A stretch of 64,000 nucleotides of DNA from Hormiphora californensis. Its lineage: Eukaryota; Animalia; Ctenophora. Under the pieces are notes generated by a model. That model had not been told where the DNA came from. It saw only the letters and a program-made list of their open reading frames with translations, and ran no database searches. A program made the position numbers and the translations under genes. Location of the stretch: contig CM035352.1 in NCBI GenBank assembly GCA_020137815.1, forward strand, positions 3,782,001 to 3,846,000, given 5' to 3'. Positions 53,273 through 64,000 of this stretch are shown here, one piece after another (position 1 is the stretch's first letter; the number at the start of each line of letters is the position of its first letter).

Positions 53273-54092
53273 GAATGCACTCATCATGTCCATTGTCTCT
53301 CTCTCACTTTTCTCAGTCATTCATTTTTCTACCCTCACGCGATTAGGTGGTTTTGTCCGTTACAAGGGTTACATGGTTCAACGGGGGGATTCCATTATTC
53401 CCAAACCTCCCTGCTATCTCCCTGCTATCTCTCTATCCTTCTCTCTATCTCCCTCTCTCTATCTCATCTTTCTATCCTCCCAACCACGATGGCATGATTT
53501 AACCAGCTTTTCAGCTCCCGGCTCCTTGCAGTAGCGGCGAAGATCAATTGTTCCTTTAAAACCTTTGCTCGGCTGTTGAAATCCCTGCCTCTTCATGGTC
53601 AGAAGAATGAGAATGAGGTAGAGAATTTTAATTACTTTTCTACAAGCTGAATTACGACTAACAGCTTGTTAGTAGCAATGCACTACTCCCTTATTAGCTC
53701 TCGATGGATGTGTGTCATTGCAATTAGGAGTAAGACAACTAATAACTATATTGCTGAAGATTAAAATTATCGACATCTCTGAAAGATAAGCAATCTCTGA
53801 AGCATCTGTATAGAGCTCGAAGTAAAAAAGCAAAAACTAGCTGTGAAAAGCGGAAAACATAAACCGAAATAGGAGCTGAGATCCACACCGCGTAGTGCAG
53901 CAGTTAGAAGAGTGAGTCCAGTGCATGCTCTCATCACGGTGTATGAAGTTTGTGGAGAGAGGGGAAAAGTTTAGCTTGGGGTCCCCACATCAAGCAAGCT
54001 TTTGCAGGGCACGCACTATTGACAAGATGTGCAACTACAACCTTTCACATGCGGGGCATCTAATCACGTGACCTGTCATGCTTCTCTCTCTC

Positions 54093-54194
<102 letters not shown>

Positions 54195-55857
54195 TCTCCT
54201 TCTCTCTAATTCTCTAACCTCTCTCAACCGAACACTGTAGACCGAGGGAGCTCGGAGCTTGCATGATGAGAGAATGCCCAACAACACACCAATTCGAGCT
54301 GGGTAGCACAATGGACCAATGGGGGGCCTGCGGTTGGGTCACGTGACCATCCCTCCACCAATCAGAGACCTCTAGAAGGGCACTGCACGTGGGAAGGAGG
54401 GAGAGAGAGAAAGATCTAAGAGCGGTATATACCGCAGTCCGGGGTCCCTCTCTCATCTAGCTCATCGCGTATAACGGTATGCCTGGTCTCAAGCAGTAGC
54501 TCTGTCAGGGGGGATGGGGCCACTAAAGTTGCCACCAGGCGGGCCCCCTACAACACACTAAACACAGGGCACACACATATACAGCCCTATAATACTGAAT
54601 CAAGCTCCCCCCTCAGTTCCTTTATCATGATGGTTCTACCCCCTCACACCCTGTTTCAACATGTATCACGTGACTGCTGCATATGTCACGTGGGGGTGGC
54701 GTTGGGTCACTAAAACTCGCACCCATCTCAGTTTGCTAGTAGTAGTAGTATGAGAGGGGATCTCCAGGGGGAGTGTTAGCTTCCCACTAGCTATGATCAG
54801 AGGGGATTTGAAGATCTCCAGGAGGGGGAGGGGGAGGAGGGGTGATACATTTGTAGCGAGGATGATAAACAGTCAGCGCAGGTAAAATATACCGTGGGGG
54901 TGAGTAAAATATCAAGAATCTACGAAATCAACTTCCATCAAGCTGCTATAATATGAGACTTGAGAACTTAAATAAATTAAATGCATTACTCATTGGATTT
55001 GGTGTTTACTTGATCTACCGAACCATCACAGAGCGCCACAAAAGTGTTTACTATAACAATTATAAAGCGAGCTTACTCCGTTGAGCTTTAACTACCAAAT
55101 CTAAGAATAAAATGCACCCGCTAAGATCTATAATATTGATTAACTATCATGATTCATGACAGGACCAGAGACACAAGCATGAGCAGTGGAGGAAGGAAAG
55201 AAATGAAAGAGAGCCAGTCTTATCTGATCGGTATAATATCCAATTAGGAAGTGATTCTGGGATTATTAAACTGACCTATTATAGGGGAATGGACACACTT
55301 AGCCATGTGTTCTGGGTCGGAGCGTCTCTCTCTCCTTCTTCTTCTCTCTATCTCTCTCTAGTTTCTCTCTCTATCTCTATCTCTCTACCTCCCTCTCTCT
55401 ATCCTTGCTATCTTCCTCTATCAATCAGCACCACGAAAAGAAAGATAAGCAAATATGATGAACTAGTTGTATGGAATTTGCAATTCATGCGATACGTCAG
55501 ATACGAGATACTATATTGGGAGCTGTCCGAATCATAATCAAAATACCAAACGCCTGCACCAGTACCCCTTATAGGCTCAATAACTGCAGGAATGTTGCAC
55601 ATGACACGTGACAGAATGCTGCATAACATGTGACACAAGACAGAATGCTGCATAACATGTGACACAAAGTCAGTTAATAAGTGGTTACCTTGCCTTGCTC
55701 CCTACTATGCAGCTATTGGAATTTCCACTCCGTGATATACGGATACCCACATGTTCGCTATTTCCACATAAAACCCGGCCCAAAACCCAGCCCTACCCCT
55801 AAAATCGAATCCAAAAATACATAATGGATGATGGACCAGAAAGATGCATCGGTTTCG

Positions 55858-55917
55858 ACTTTTGCAACGCAGTCCCTATCTACATCTAGATGTAGATAGG
55901 GACTGCGTTGCAAAAGT
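55858..55917. repeat. Perfect 60-bp palindrome
   Basis: acttttgcaacgcagtccctatctacatct|agatgtagatagggactgcgttgcaaaagt. Confidence 0.9.
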
Positions 55918-56536
55918 TGACTGTCGAAACTGTGTCAACTGCAATATATCTGACAAGTCTAATCGCAATGAGATAATCCCCCTCCTGCAGCACGGTTTTG
56001 CAACTGAATAACTGATAAGGTAAGGCGAGCCTTGAACGAGGGTCGGACTATAACGGCAATACAGGTTCAGATAGCATCAAGTGAAGGAGTTTATGAAGGA
56101 GCATACTCGGATAATTTTGTTTAATTTTGTTTTCCTATTTATTACACTGATGAGATCGCAAGATCGAAACATTTGTTTGTAAACCAACGTGTTTCTATTT
56201 GTTGTACTATCTGCTCTCGGTTCCACGCCGATAGAGCTCTCTTGTGGCCTACTGAAACAACAATATTGAATAACTATAGGCACAGAGATGAGCTGGAAAC
56301 TAAACTAACGCACGCGTCACACCCACCACCGCACACGCGTGTTATACACGCGCGCGCCACTATCCGCACGTGCAATATTGTAGTTTGTACTGATATGAGC
56401 TGCTGCTATAACTGCTGCTGCAGCTGCAGCAATTATACCGCGTACCGGGTAGGGTGCGGTTTTATTTTCGTCTCAAATTAGTATTGGTATTGGTAGCCTT
56501 CTTATCTGTCAGTCTATTGAAATCTGTTTAATTATA

Positions 56537-58847
56537 CTAGTAGGCCCGTTCGCCCTACGGGCGAATTTTGGGGAAATGGTAGCTTGATTAGGGAACGCTG
56601 ACATCACCTGCACCATCCGTTCCTAGCCTATCTCTCACTTTTTCCCTACCCATGTTGTTGTACGCTCTGGGCTTCCTGGCAATGTCAAGGTGCGAATTTA
56701 AGATATTAATGTCAGTGAGGTGCAGTGCTGTTCCAGAAACTCATCACGTGAAAACTTGGCCGCTATGTAGCCAATTCGGAGATTTCTATATTTGACTGGA
56801 CTGCCGTTTTAACGTAAAAGGCAATAAGTCAATTTTTACGAAAATTGAGATATTGGTACCTTCTTCTTCAGGATTTCAAGCTCTTTCAGATGAGCTTAGC
56901 CTCATACTCAGATCTTGAAAACTGAAGGAGCTACAAGCATAACAAGCTTTTTTGCTAGTTGTTTCGTAAAACGCAGTAAGTCAGCAAAATTTCACACAGA
57001 CGCGTAAAAGGCAGTAAGTCACGCGAAATTTTTTTAGAGGGCTTGACTTACTGCGTTCTACCCCAAAACTGACTTGCTGCCTTTTACGACGATATGAGTG
57101 TACAAAAATAGCATCTTTACACACGAACCCCTGACACACCAAGACCGAGGTCCCGATCAGAGGTTGATCAAATAATTTTGGAAAAAATAATTAAAATAAT
57201 TAGAACAAAGTGGATTAGAATTTAAACTAACTTATTGGAAACAACTTAACTTAACAAAATATGTGCAATGTTTGTCAATCATCGAGAGGTACTGGGAGGG
57301 AGGGAAAGAAAGGGGAGGGTCCAGCCCGAGAGTTTGCTGTACCTCTATACTAATTTAGAAGTGTTAGGGCCATTATTTGGGTTCGAGGTTAGGGTGATGG
57401 TTAGGGTTAGGTTTTGGGTTGGTTTAGGATTTTAGACATAGAGACCGGGTTGGGGTATTTGGCGCCAAAATGTACCAGGGGACTTTATGTCTAAAAAGTC
57501 TACACAAGGCGGACTCTTTATCTAAACTTTTTTCAAAGTATAACTGACAGTTATACTTTGAAAAAAGTTATTAACTGTAGATAAAGAGTCCATTTTTAGA
57601 TATAGAGTCCGCCTTGAATTTAGATAAAGAGTCCGTTAGCACTAGAGTCCGCCTACCCTTTGGCCCATGGCTTAGCTATTTTAGGACTGGACCACCCCCC
57701 CCCCAGAAAGAGAGAGAGAGAGAGAGCGTGCACGCTCTGTCTCTCTTTCTTCCTCCCCTAGTCCCCCCCCCTATTTCTCTGTCTCTCGCTCTTTCTCCCC
57801 GGCCTCTCTCTATCATTTTCTCTTTGTCTCTCTCTGTCGCTTTCTCTCTCACTCTCTGATCTCTATCTCTCTGATCACTTCCCCCTCTCGCTTTCTCTCC
57901 CTTTCTCTTTCTCTCTCTTTCTCTCTCAGAGAAATAATATTTGAAAAGATCATATACGTCCGACAGAAAGACAGTGAATTACAGGGACAGAAAGTGAGGC
58001 TGGGTGATTGTAAGAAACTAGACACGGAGAGACATTGACAATGCTCAATTGTCGGTCAATTAAAAGACAGTTAAGACACGGAACTAAAGGCTGATTGACA
58101 AACATTGCACATATTTTGTTAAGTTAAGTTGTTTCCAATAAGTTAGTTTAAATTCTAATCCACTTTGTTCTAATTATTTTAATTATTTTTTCCAAAATTA
58201 TTTGATCAACCTCTGATCGGGACCTCGGTCTTGGTGTGTCAGGGGTTCGTGTGTAAAGATGCTATTTTTGTACAATTATAACGTCGTAAAAGGCAGCAAG
58301 TCAGTTTTGGGGTAGAACGCAGTAAGTCAAGCCCTCTAAAAAAATTTCGCGTGACTTACTGCCTTTTACGCGTCTGTGTGAAATTTTGCTGACTTACTGC
58401 GTTTTACAATGAGTAAGAGCAAAAATCTTTAAAGGCGAATATCTCGAAATGGAAAAAAGTGACTTATTGCCTTTTACGTTAAAACGGCAGTGGAGTAATC
58501 GGTGATTACTAATCACCCTTGGCCGGGCGACGTTGGGTAAAGCTATCAAGTATCAGTAGTCGTTGATTGGCTCGCTTGAACACGTTGGCGTAATCTGTCA
58601 TATTCTCTAGCCTGCTCCCTGACAGCAGCAAGTCTTCCGGACCCAGATGACCGTTGCCGAATAGCGCTTGGGGCTGAAGAGTTAGAAATCAGGACAAAAG
58701 TAAAAGAATGCACGTGCAGAATTGAATTTCCCTTAGTACCCAAAACTGCAACTGGGAGTGAGGTTTCTAAGTTGCTCTAATAATTGCACGTGCAGGTGTA
58801 GTTGCTAGGTGATGTAGCACTGACAATTTGAATAGTAAGTAGTATGA
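56537..58847 (-). mobile_element. Non-autonomous Helitron copy 1, interrupted by a 1.69-kb TIR element
   Basis: Minus strand A|TC ... hairpin ttcgccc-gta-gggcgaa ... CTAG|T; collinear with 62576-63173. Confidence 0.8.
56801..58490. mobile_element. TIR/foldback element with 4-bp TSD (TGGA) and inner inverted arms of about 315 bp
   Basis: TIR ctgccgttttaacgtaaaaggcaataagtca; empty site gactggagtaatc seen at 62838; inner arms 56966-57281 / 58092-58407. Confidence 0.88.
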
Positions 58848-59409
58848 TGTTTATTTGTTTGTTTGTCAGTTTCTCAGTGTGGCAATTTTACCCGCGGGTT
58901 TGTATTGTGAAACTGAATGGTGATGAAATCGTTTCTTGGGTTGTTTTTGTAATAACAGTCGATTTACAGACAAGAAAGAAAATTCAATAAAGTAATTTTA
59001 TATTACAAAATTAGGTATGTATATTAATAAGATAAACTTTCCCTTTCTCAGTCTCAATGAGACTGGGAAAGGGCAAGAGAAGCTCTCATATCGCACCAAT
59101 ACACTACCCAAGTGACTTGGACCAAGTCTAGAGTCAACAAGAAGTCCACTTGCAAACTCAAAGCCGTTACCAATTGGTCATGATGTATTATATCAATGAC
59201 AATAACTAGTCAGTATTTGACTGGCCCTACTAGAACGTCCTATCATCACAGTACCACAGTATCCTAGACAACTCATTGGACCCCTCAGCTCGCCTTTATA
59301 TGACTTTCGCGCGCTGGCAAGGGAGGGGCAACTTCGTTACCAAGACAACACTATTCTGGGTAGAAAGCCCCAGAACCACAATTGTATTGACTCTAACAGG
59401 CATCTCTCA

Positions 59410-62400
59410 TCAATCTTCATCAACTAGGGAGATTGTCTTTAGAACTTGGGGAGCCTGATCATCATTTACAGGTATTATCATCTTCTTCCCTGCGGCAGCC
59501 TCTTCCAGCTCCTCAGCCTCTTCTGCTGCCTCTGCCTCCGCCCTGCACTTCTTATACTTTTGGTAACAATCCCGACACGGCTTCTCCATCTGTATCACCA
59601 CCAGGATCACCATCATGAGGGAGTGAGAGGCGAAGAAATGCCACAAATCATGCGCATCCCAAAAGTCGTCCAGGACGCACCCGCTGTTGAGCTCTCGGGA
59701 GAGGTTGGGATCAATGGACTTGTCAGTACACTCCAAGTAGACAAAGAAGAAGAGCGAGCAGGCGGCAAAGATTAATCCGACAATTATGTAGAGGGCGATA
59801 CCAATTTGAACGAGCCATCTCAACTTCCAATTACCTGCATGTGGGAGAGGAGAGTTACCATGGTTACTATTGAGTTACACTACAGATATTTGGTACCTGT
59901 ATAACAGTTGGACCCCGATATACCGGGATGCTGGGGGAAAGGGTTTTGCCCGGGGTACCCGTGATATCGGGGTCAAATACCGTTCATTTCCTACAATATC
60001 GGGAGAAACTTTGTTGAAAATCATAAATTGTACAATTCAGAATTGCTACGATACCTTTGAAGTTTTTGGCGCGAAGAGACTTTACAAGATCCTTAAAAAG
60101 TTTGAAGAAAGCTCCAGAGGTCATCATCAGTAGAGCCACAATGAGTTCCCCCAGAATGAATAGTGAGATATTCAGGACCCTCAGACACACAAACACATAC
60201 CCAACCAGTACAAGCAGACAGTACCCTCCAAAGGCAACTCTCAGCAACATCTCTCCGCATGTCCTCTTCGCCGTCACCACTTTCACTCCCTGGTCTGTAA
60301 ACTGGATGATAGCAGGCCGGAAGTAGGTCTCGGGAAGGAGGTTGGCCTTGTAGGCCGCCCACAGGAGGATAGCCAACACCCAGAAACCAAGGAACATGTA
60401 AAAGAAGAAGGCTATCTTATCAGGAAGTGGTTCCGTTGCGTCTAGATTGCCCAGGAAATTAAACCCGTACGCCGGACCAAGGAAGAAAAGAAACAGTTTG
60501 GGACTCCGGATAGACTTGATGGGTCGAGTGATGTCCACAACATTGCTGCCATCTTTGTAGGTGGTCTTCCTCACTGCATTACCGTCAACTAGGGCTGTGA
60601 TGACGTATTGAGAGATGACGAACATGAAGAGAGTGTCAAACTGGAAGATGATCTGGGAGGGACAGATATGGTAGAGGAGGGAGCCAAATCTGATATCAGG
60701 GAGAGAGGGGGTGAGTGATCATAAAGTATCGGACAGAAGAGTGTTGATTGCAAAATGGATTTCATGAAAATTTAGATTACACAAAACATAATATAGCACT
60801 TACCCCTCAAAGATAAAGGCCATTCCAAAAGAGTAGGGTATGGAGTAATCATAGTTTTTGTGTTTGAGGCTATAACAGTTGGCCTCGTAAAAGGACACGG
60901 AGATGATCAGGATCGCTCCGTGGACCATAAAACAGAGATTACTGGCAATACCATTCACGGAAACATCGTAATACCCTGAAATCATGTGGGGGGGGGGGTT
61001 GTTATGTTCTAACCCTTCGCGCGAAACAGAGTATAGCTAGGGAAGTGGGGGGTCAGTTGGTATACACATATACGTTCTAAGCCTAATGATCAGAATGAAA
61101 CGTGAGCATGTACCAATTGGGCAATCGAAAACCGTATTTTATAAAACAGGGTGTACTGCACTGTCTTCTTGTTGCCTAGGTGATATGACACCTTATCATT
61201 GTTGCCTAGGTGATATGACACCCTATCATTGTTGCCTAGGTGATATGACACCCTATCATTGTTGCCTAGGTGATATGACACCCTATCAGTGTTGCCTAGG
61301 TGATATGACACCCTATCATTGTTGCCTAGGTGATATGACACCCTCTCATTGTTGCCTAGGTGATATGACACCCTATCATTGTTGCCTAGGTGATATGACA
61401 CCCTATCATTGTTGCCTAGGTGATATGACACCCTATAGTAAAATTAACTGACCTATGTAGGGTCTGTAGCACTTTTCATTGTAATAGCACACATCTCTAT
61501 CTCCATTATCTTTCATTTCTCTCCATTTTGCGTTAACGACCTGCAACAAGAGAATAAAGGGTAGTTTTCCAAAATCCGACGAAAAATTTCCGTTCTTTAA
61601 CCCTCAACTAGAAAACGGTCCCCTGCACAACTACCCATATATCTCCCCCCTATCGCACACACTCTCTCAATCTCTCGCGGGTTCTCGAGATAGTTACCCG
61701 CTACAAAATTTGAATGGGGTGAGAAAGACGGGGGGGGGGGACCACCAGCAGAGAATAAAGTTAGCGTTAAAACCAGAAAACCAGCTATTGTAATTTAGGA
61801 CGGATGGTTTGCCAAATGACAGGGGGGGATGATTGATACAGAATATGCAAGTGCTGTGCAGCACTGCAGCAGTAACGATGCATGCTTTTGTCAGCGATGC
61901 AGTTTCACGTTGTCATGGTGACTTAATGTCGTGCAGTTGTCATGGTGACAATGTTGTCATGACAATTCTCTCACCTGGAATGCACTGACGAGGAGCATCC
62001 ACGCCAGGAAACCCGTGAGATAAGCAAGTCCCTTGTTGCCCCTGTAAAACCAATTCACCACTATCTGGAGCCAATCCTGTATAGTGAACTGCCGGTCTGC
62101 ATTCATATAGTTGAAAATATACCTGCACATTTGGAAGATGACTGAGAATTTCAGATGTATGTAGGTAAATGCCCAATTTCAATGAAATTCGGCATTTACC
62201 TACATCTGATTTTAAAATACAAAATTAACGTCCAAGTACTGGTTCTTTACTTTATTTAGCTTAGTTATATTTACAATAACTATTGAACACTGCATAGGTT
62301 CCGTACGATACCAGGTTAACTTTTATTATTTGGGATTTTAACTATTCTAAATTTAGCTAATTTTAGCTAAAATGAATAGTCTGCAAATTAATGATTCATG

Positions 62401-64000
62401 TCTGAGAAATGACGGTCAGGATCACAACTGTATAACTACACATACCTGCAGAAGATGGGGAGGACAACTCCAAAGCAAGACACTACCAAAAGAATGATAA
62501 TCTTTGAAACGTACTCGTATTCTTTTACCGGCCTGTATAAAGTGAGAGGATTACGGATATGTTTCATTGACAATACTAGTAGGCCCGTTCGCCCTACGGG
62601 CGAATTTCGGGGAAATGGTAGCTTGATTAGGGAACGCTGGCATCACCTGCACCATCCATTCCTAGCCTATTTCTCACTTTCTCCCTACCCATGTTGTTGT
62701 ACGCTCTGGGCTTCCTGACAATGTCAAGGTGCGAATTTAAGAGATCAATGTTAGGGAGGTGCAGTGCTGTTCCAGAAACTCATCACGTGAAAACTTGGCC
62801 GCTAAGCTATGTAGCCGATTCGGAGATTTCTATATTCGACTGGAGTAATCACCCTTGGGCGATGTTGGGTAAAGCTATCCGTAGTCATTGATTGGCTCGC
62901 TTGAACACGTTGGCGTAATCTGTCATAATCTCTAGCCTGCTCCCTGACAGCAGCAGATCTTCCGGACCCAGATGACCGTTGCCGAATAGCGCTTGGGGGT
63001 GAAGAGTTAGACATCAGGACAAAAGTAAAAGAATGCACGTGCAGAATTGAATTTCCCTTAATACCCAAAACTGCAACTGGGAGTGAGGTTTCTAAGTTGC
63101 TCTAATAATTGCACGTGCAGGTGTAGTTGCTAGGTGATGTAGCACTGACAATTTGAATGGTAAGTAAGTATGATGAACTGGCTAGGAAATTATGGACTGC
63201 AAACGCCGTTTTCGCATCGCAGATTGTGTGCTCTTTCTTAGAAAACTCAAAACCGTCACATTTCAATTCTCCTTCTGTGACTGTCTGGCGCCGCGACCCC
63301 ATCTGAGAATCAAATGGGGTATGGCGCCGCCATACAGTTCTGTGACAAGTTGTGGTATGTAACTCAATAAATAGTGGCCAAAAGCACACTCTCCTTATTA
63401 ACTTACAGTACATTGAAAGTCACATCTTTCCCGACATTCCCTGATCTCGAAAAGAGGACGACCGCAACCATCCATGTCCCCTCAGCCAGATGCGGGCTGG
63501 GAAACATCACTCAACACGATACTCCCAAATGTACTGAAGCTCAACCTCATGCTCTTAGTCGTGGTGGCATTGGGGGACACCAGGAACTGGTACAGTTCAT
63601 CCGTGTCCTGGGTCACTATCAACTTTCCTGTGGATCGATTGGGGTTAATAATCATGCATGTATGGAGTTACAATTATGGATGACGGTATGGGCGAAAGTT
63701 CCGCATCTATGGAAAAATGAATAGCTGTCAATTACCGCAAGATATTTCACCTACCTACAACTTCGGATGTATTAGATTCCACCTGTACGGCGATATATCG
63801 ATACGTCTCGGTTACATCGAATGTCCTGATTGTTACTCCTTTGACCGTTAGTGGCACGCTCTCGTTAAGAGGTAGGTCTACCGATGCGGTGGAGTAATCC
63901 ACGTTGAACTGCGTCAGAGCACTACCTAAAAAACAATTTGTTATTTTCTCACTTTCCTTTACATTTGCGAAACAGAGTCTAACTAGGTAAGAAATTAATA
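59410..64000 (-). CDS. SID-1 transmembrane family protein (SIDT/CHUP-1-like), multi-exon, 5'-partial
   Basis: GDRDVCYYNEKCYRP (61540-61452), NGIASNLCF...YSFGMAFIFEG, FGSLLYHICPSQIIFQFDTLFMF and GCVLDDFWDAHDLWHFF match SID-1 family motifs; further exons near 62123-61974, 62530-62446, 63627-63407 and 63925-63753. Confidence 0.88.
61168..61436. repeat. 30-bp intronic minisatellite, 9 copies
   Basis: gttgcctaggtgatatgacaccctatcatt. Confidence 0.95.
62576..63173 (-). mobile_element. Non-autonomous Helitron copy 2 (about 600 bp, uninterrupted) in a SID-1 intron
   Basis: A|TC...hairpin...CTAG|T; high identity to copy 1. Confidence 0.82.

Noticed and set aside
61086-61451. 30-bp repeat array resembling CRISPR or a Cys-rich repeat protein (CCLGDMTPYH)n
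   Set aside because: Units are contiguous with no unique spacers, no cas genes are present, the context is eukaryotic, and it lies in a SID-1 intron without spanning the junction
58546-63068. Repeated small ORF MG(T/I)KGNSILHVHSF (58546-58743 and 62802-63068)
   Set aside because: Part of the duplicated non-autonomous Helitron; lengths differ between copies and no domain is recognisable

Overview
Eukaryotic, intron-rich and microsatellite-rich DNA from an invertebrate animal. It is probably a ctenophore (Pleurobrachia-like), inferred only from recall of the abundant 109-bp 'QEPTETSKQPIRTRYLGHVTGYQPIRDQYFLIRSVP' MITE. From left to right: (1) 1-9.6 kb holds a head-to-tail array of four BTB/POZ genes with uninterrupted ORFs, a hypervariable linker and an uncharacterised Cys/His C-terminal domain; the first gene is missing from the ORF track. 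(2) 9.8-23.3 kb is a gene-free retroelement pile: one apparently intact CR1-group LINE whose ATG-less ORF2 overlaps ORF1 behind a G_GAT_TTT slippery site, two 5'-truncated LINEs, and a Penelope-like element with a minimal hammerhead ribozyme and one premature stop. (3) Four spliced genes follow: an SLC35B3/PAPST2-like transporter (+), a bacterial-type BCCT transporter with a PLAC8-like tail (-), a three-finger C2H2 protein (-) and a SID-1-family protein (-, 5'-partial). (4) Many non-autonomous DNA elements are scattered throughout (hAT-, Mutator- and Tc1-type MITEs, a HINE, Helitrons, two large foldbacks). The most unusual recurring signal is a set of minisatellites whose unit is a real splice junction, creating arrays of decoy acceptors or donors in two genes. 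The region 36.85-38.45 kb looks like low-quality assembly.
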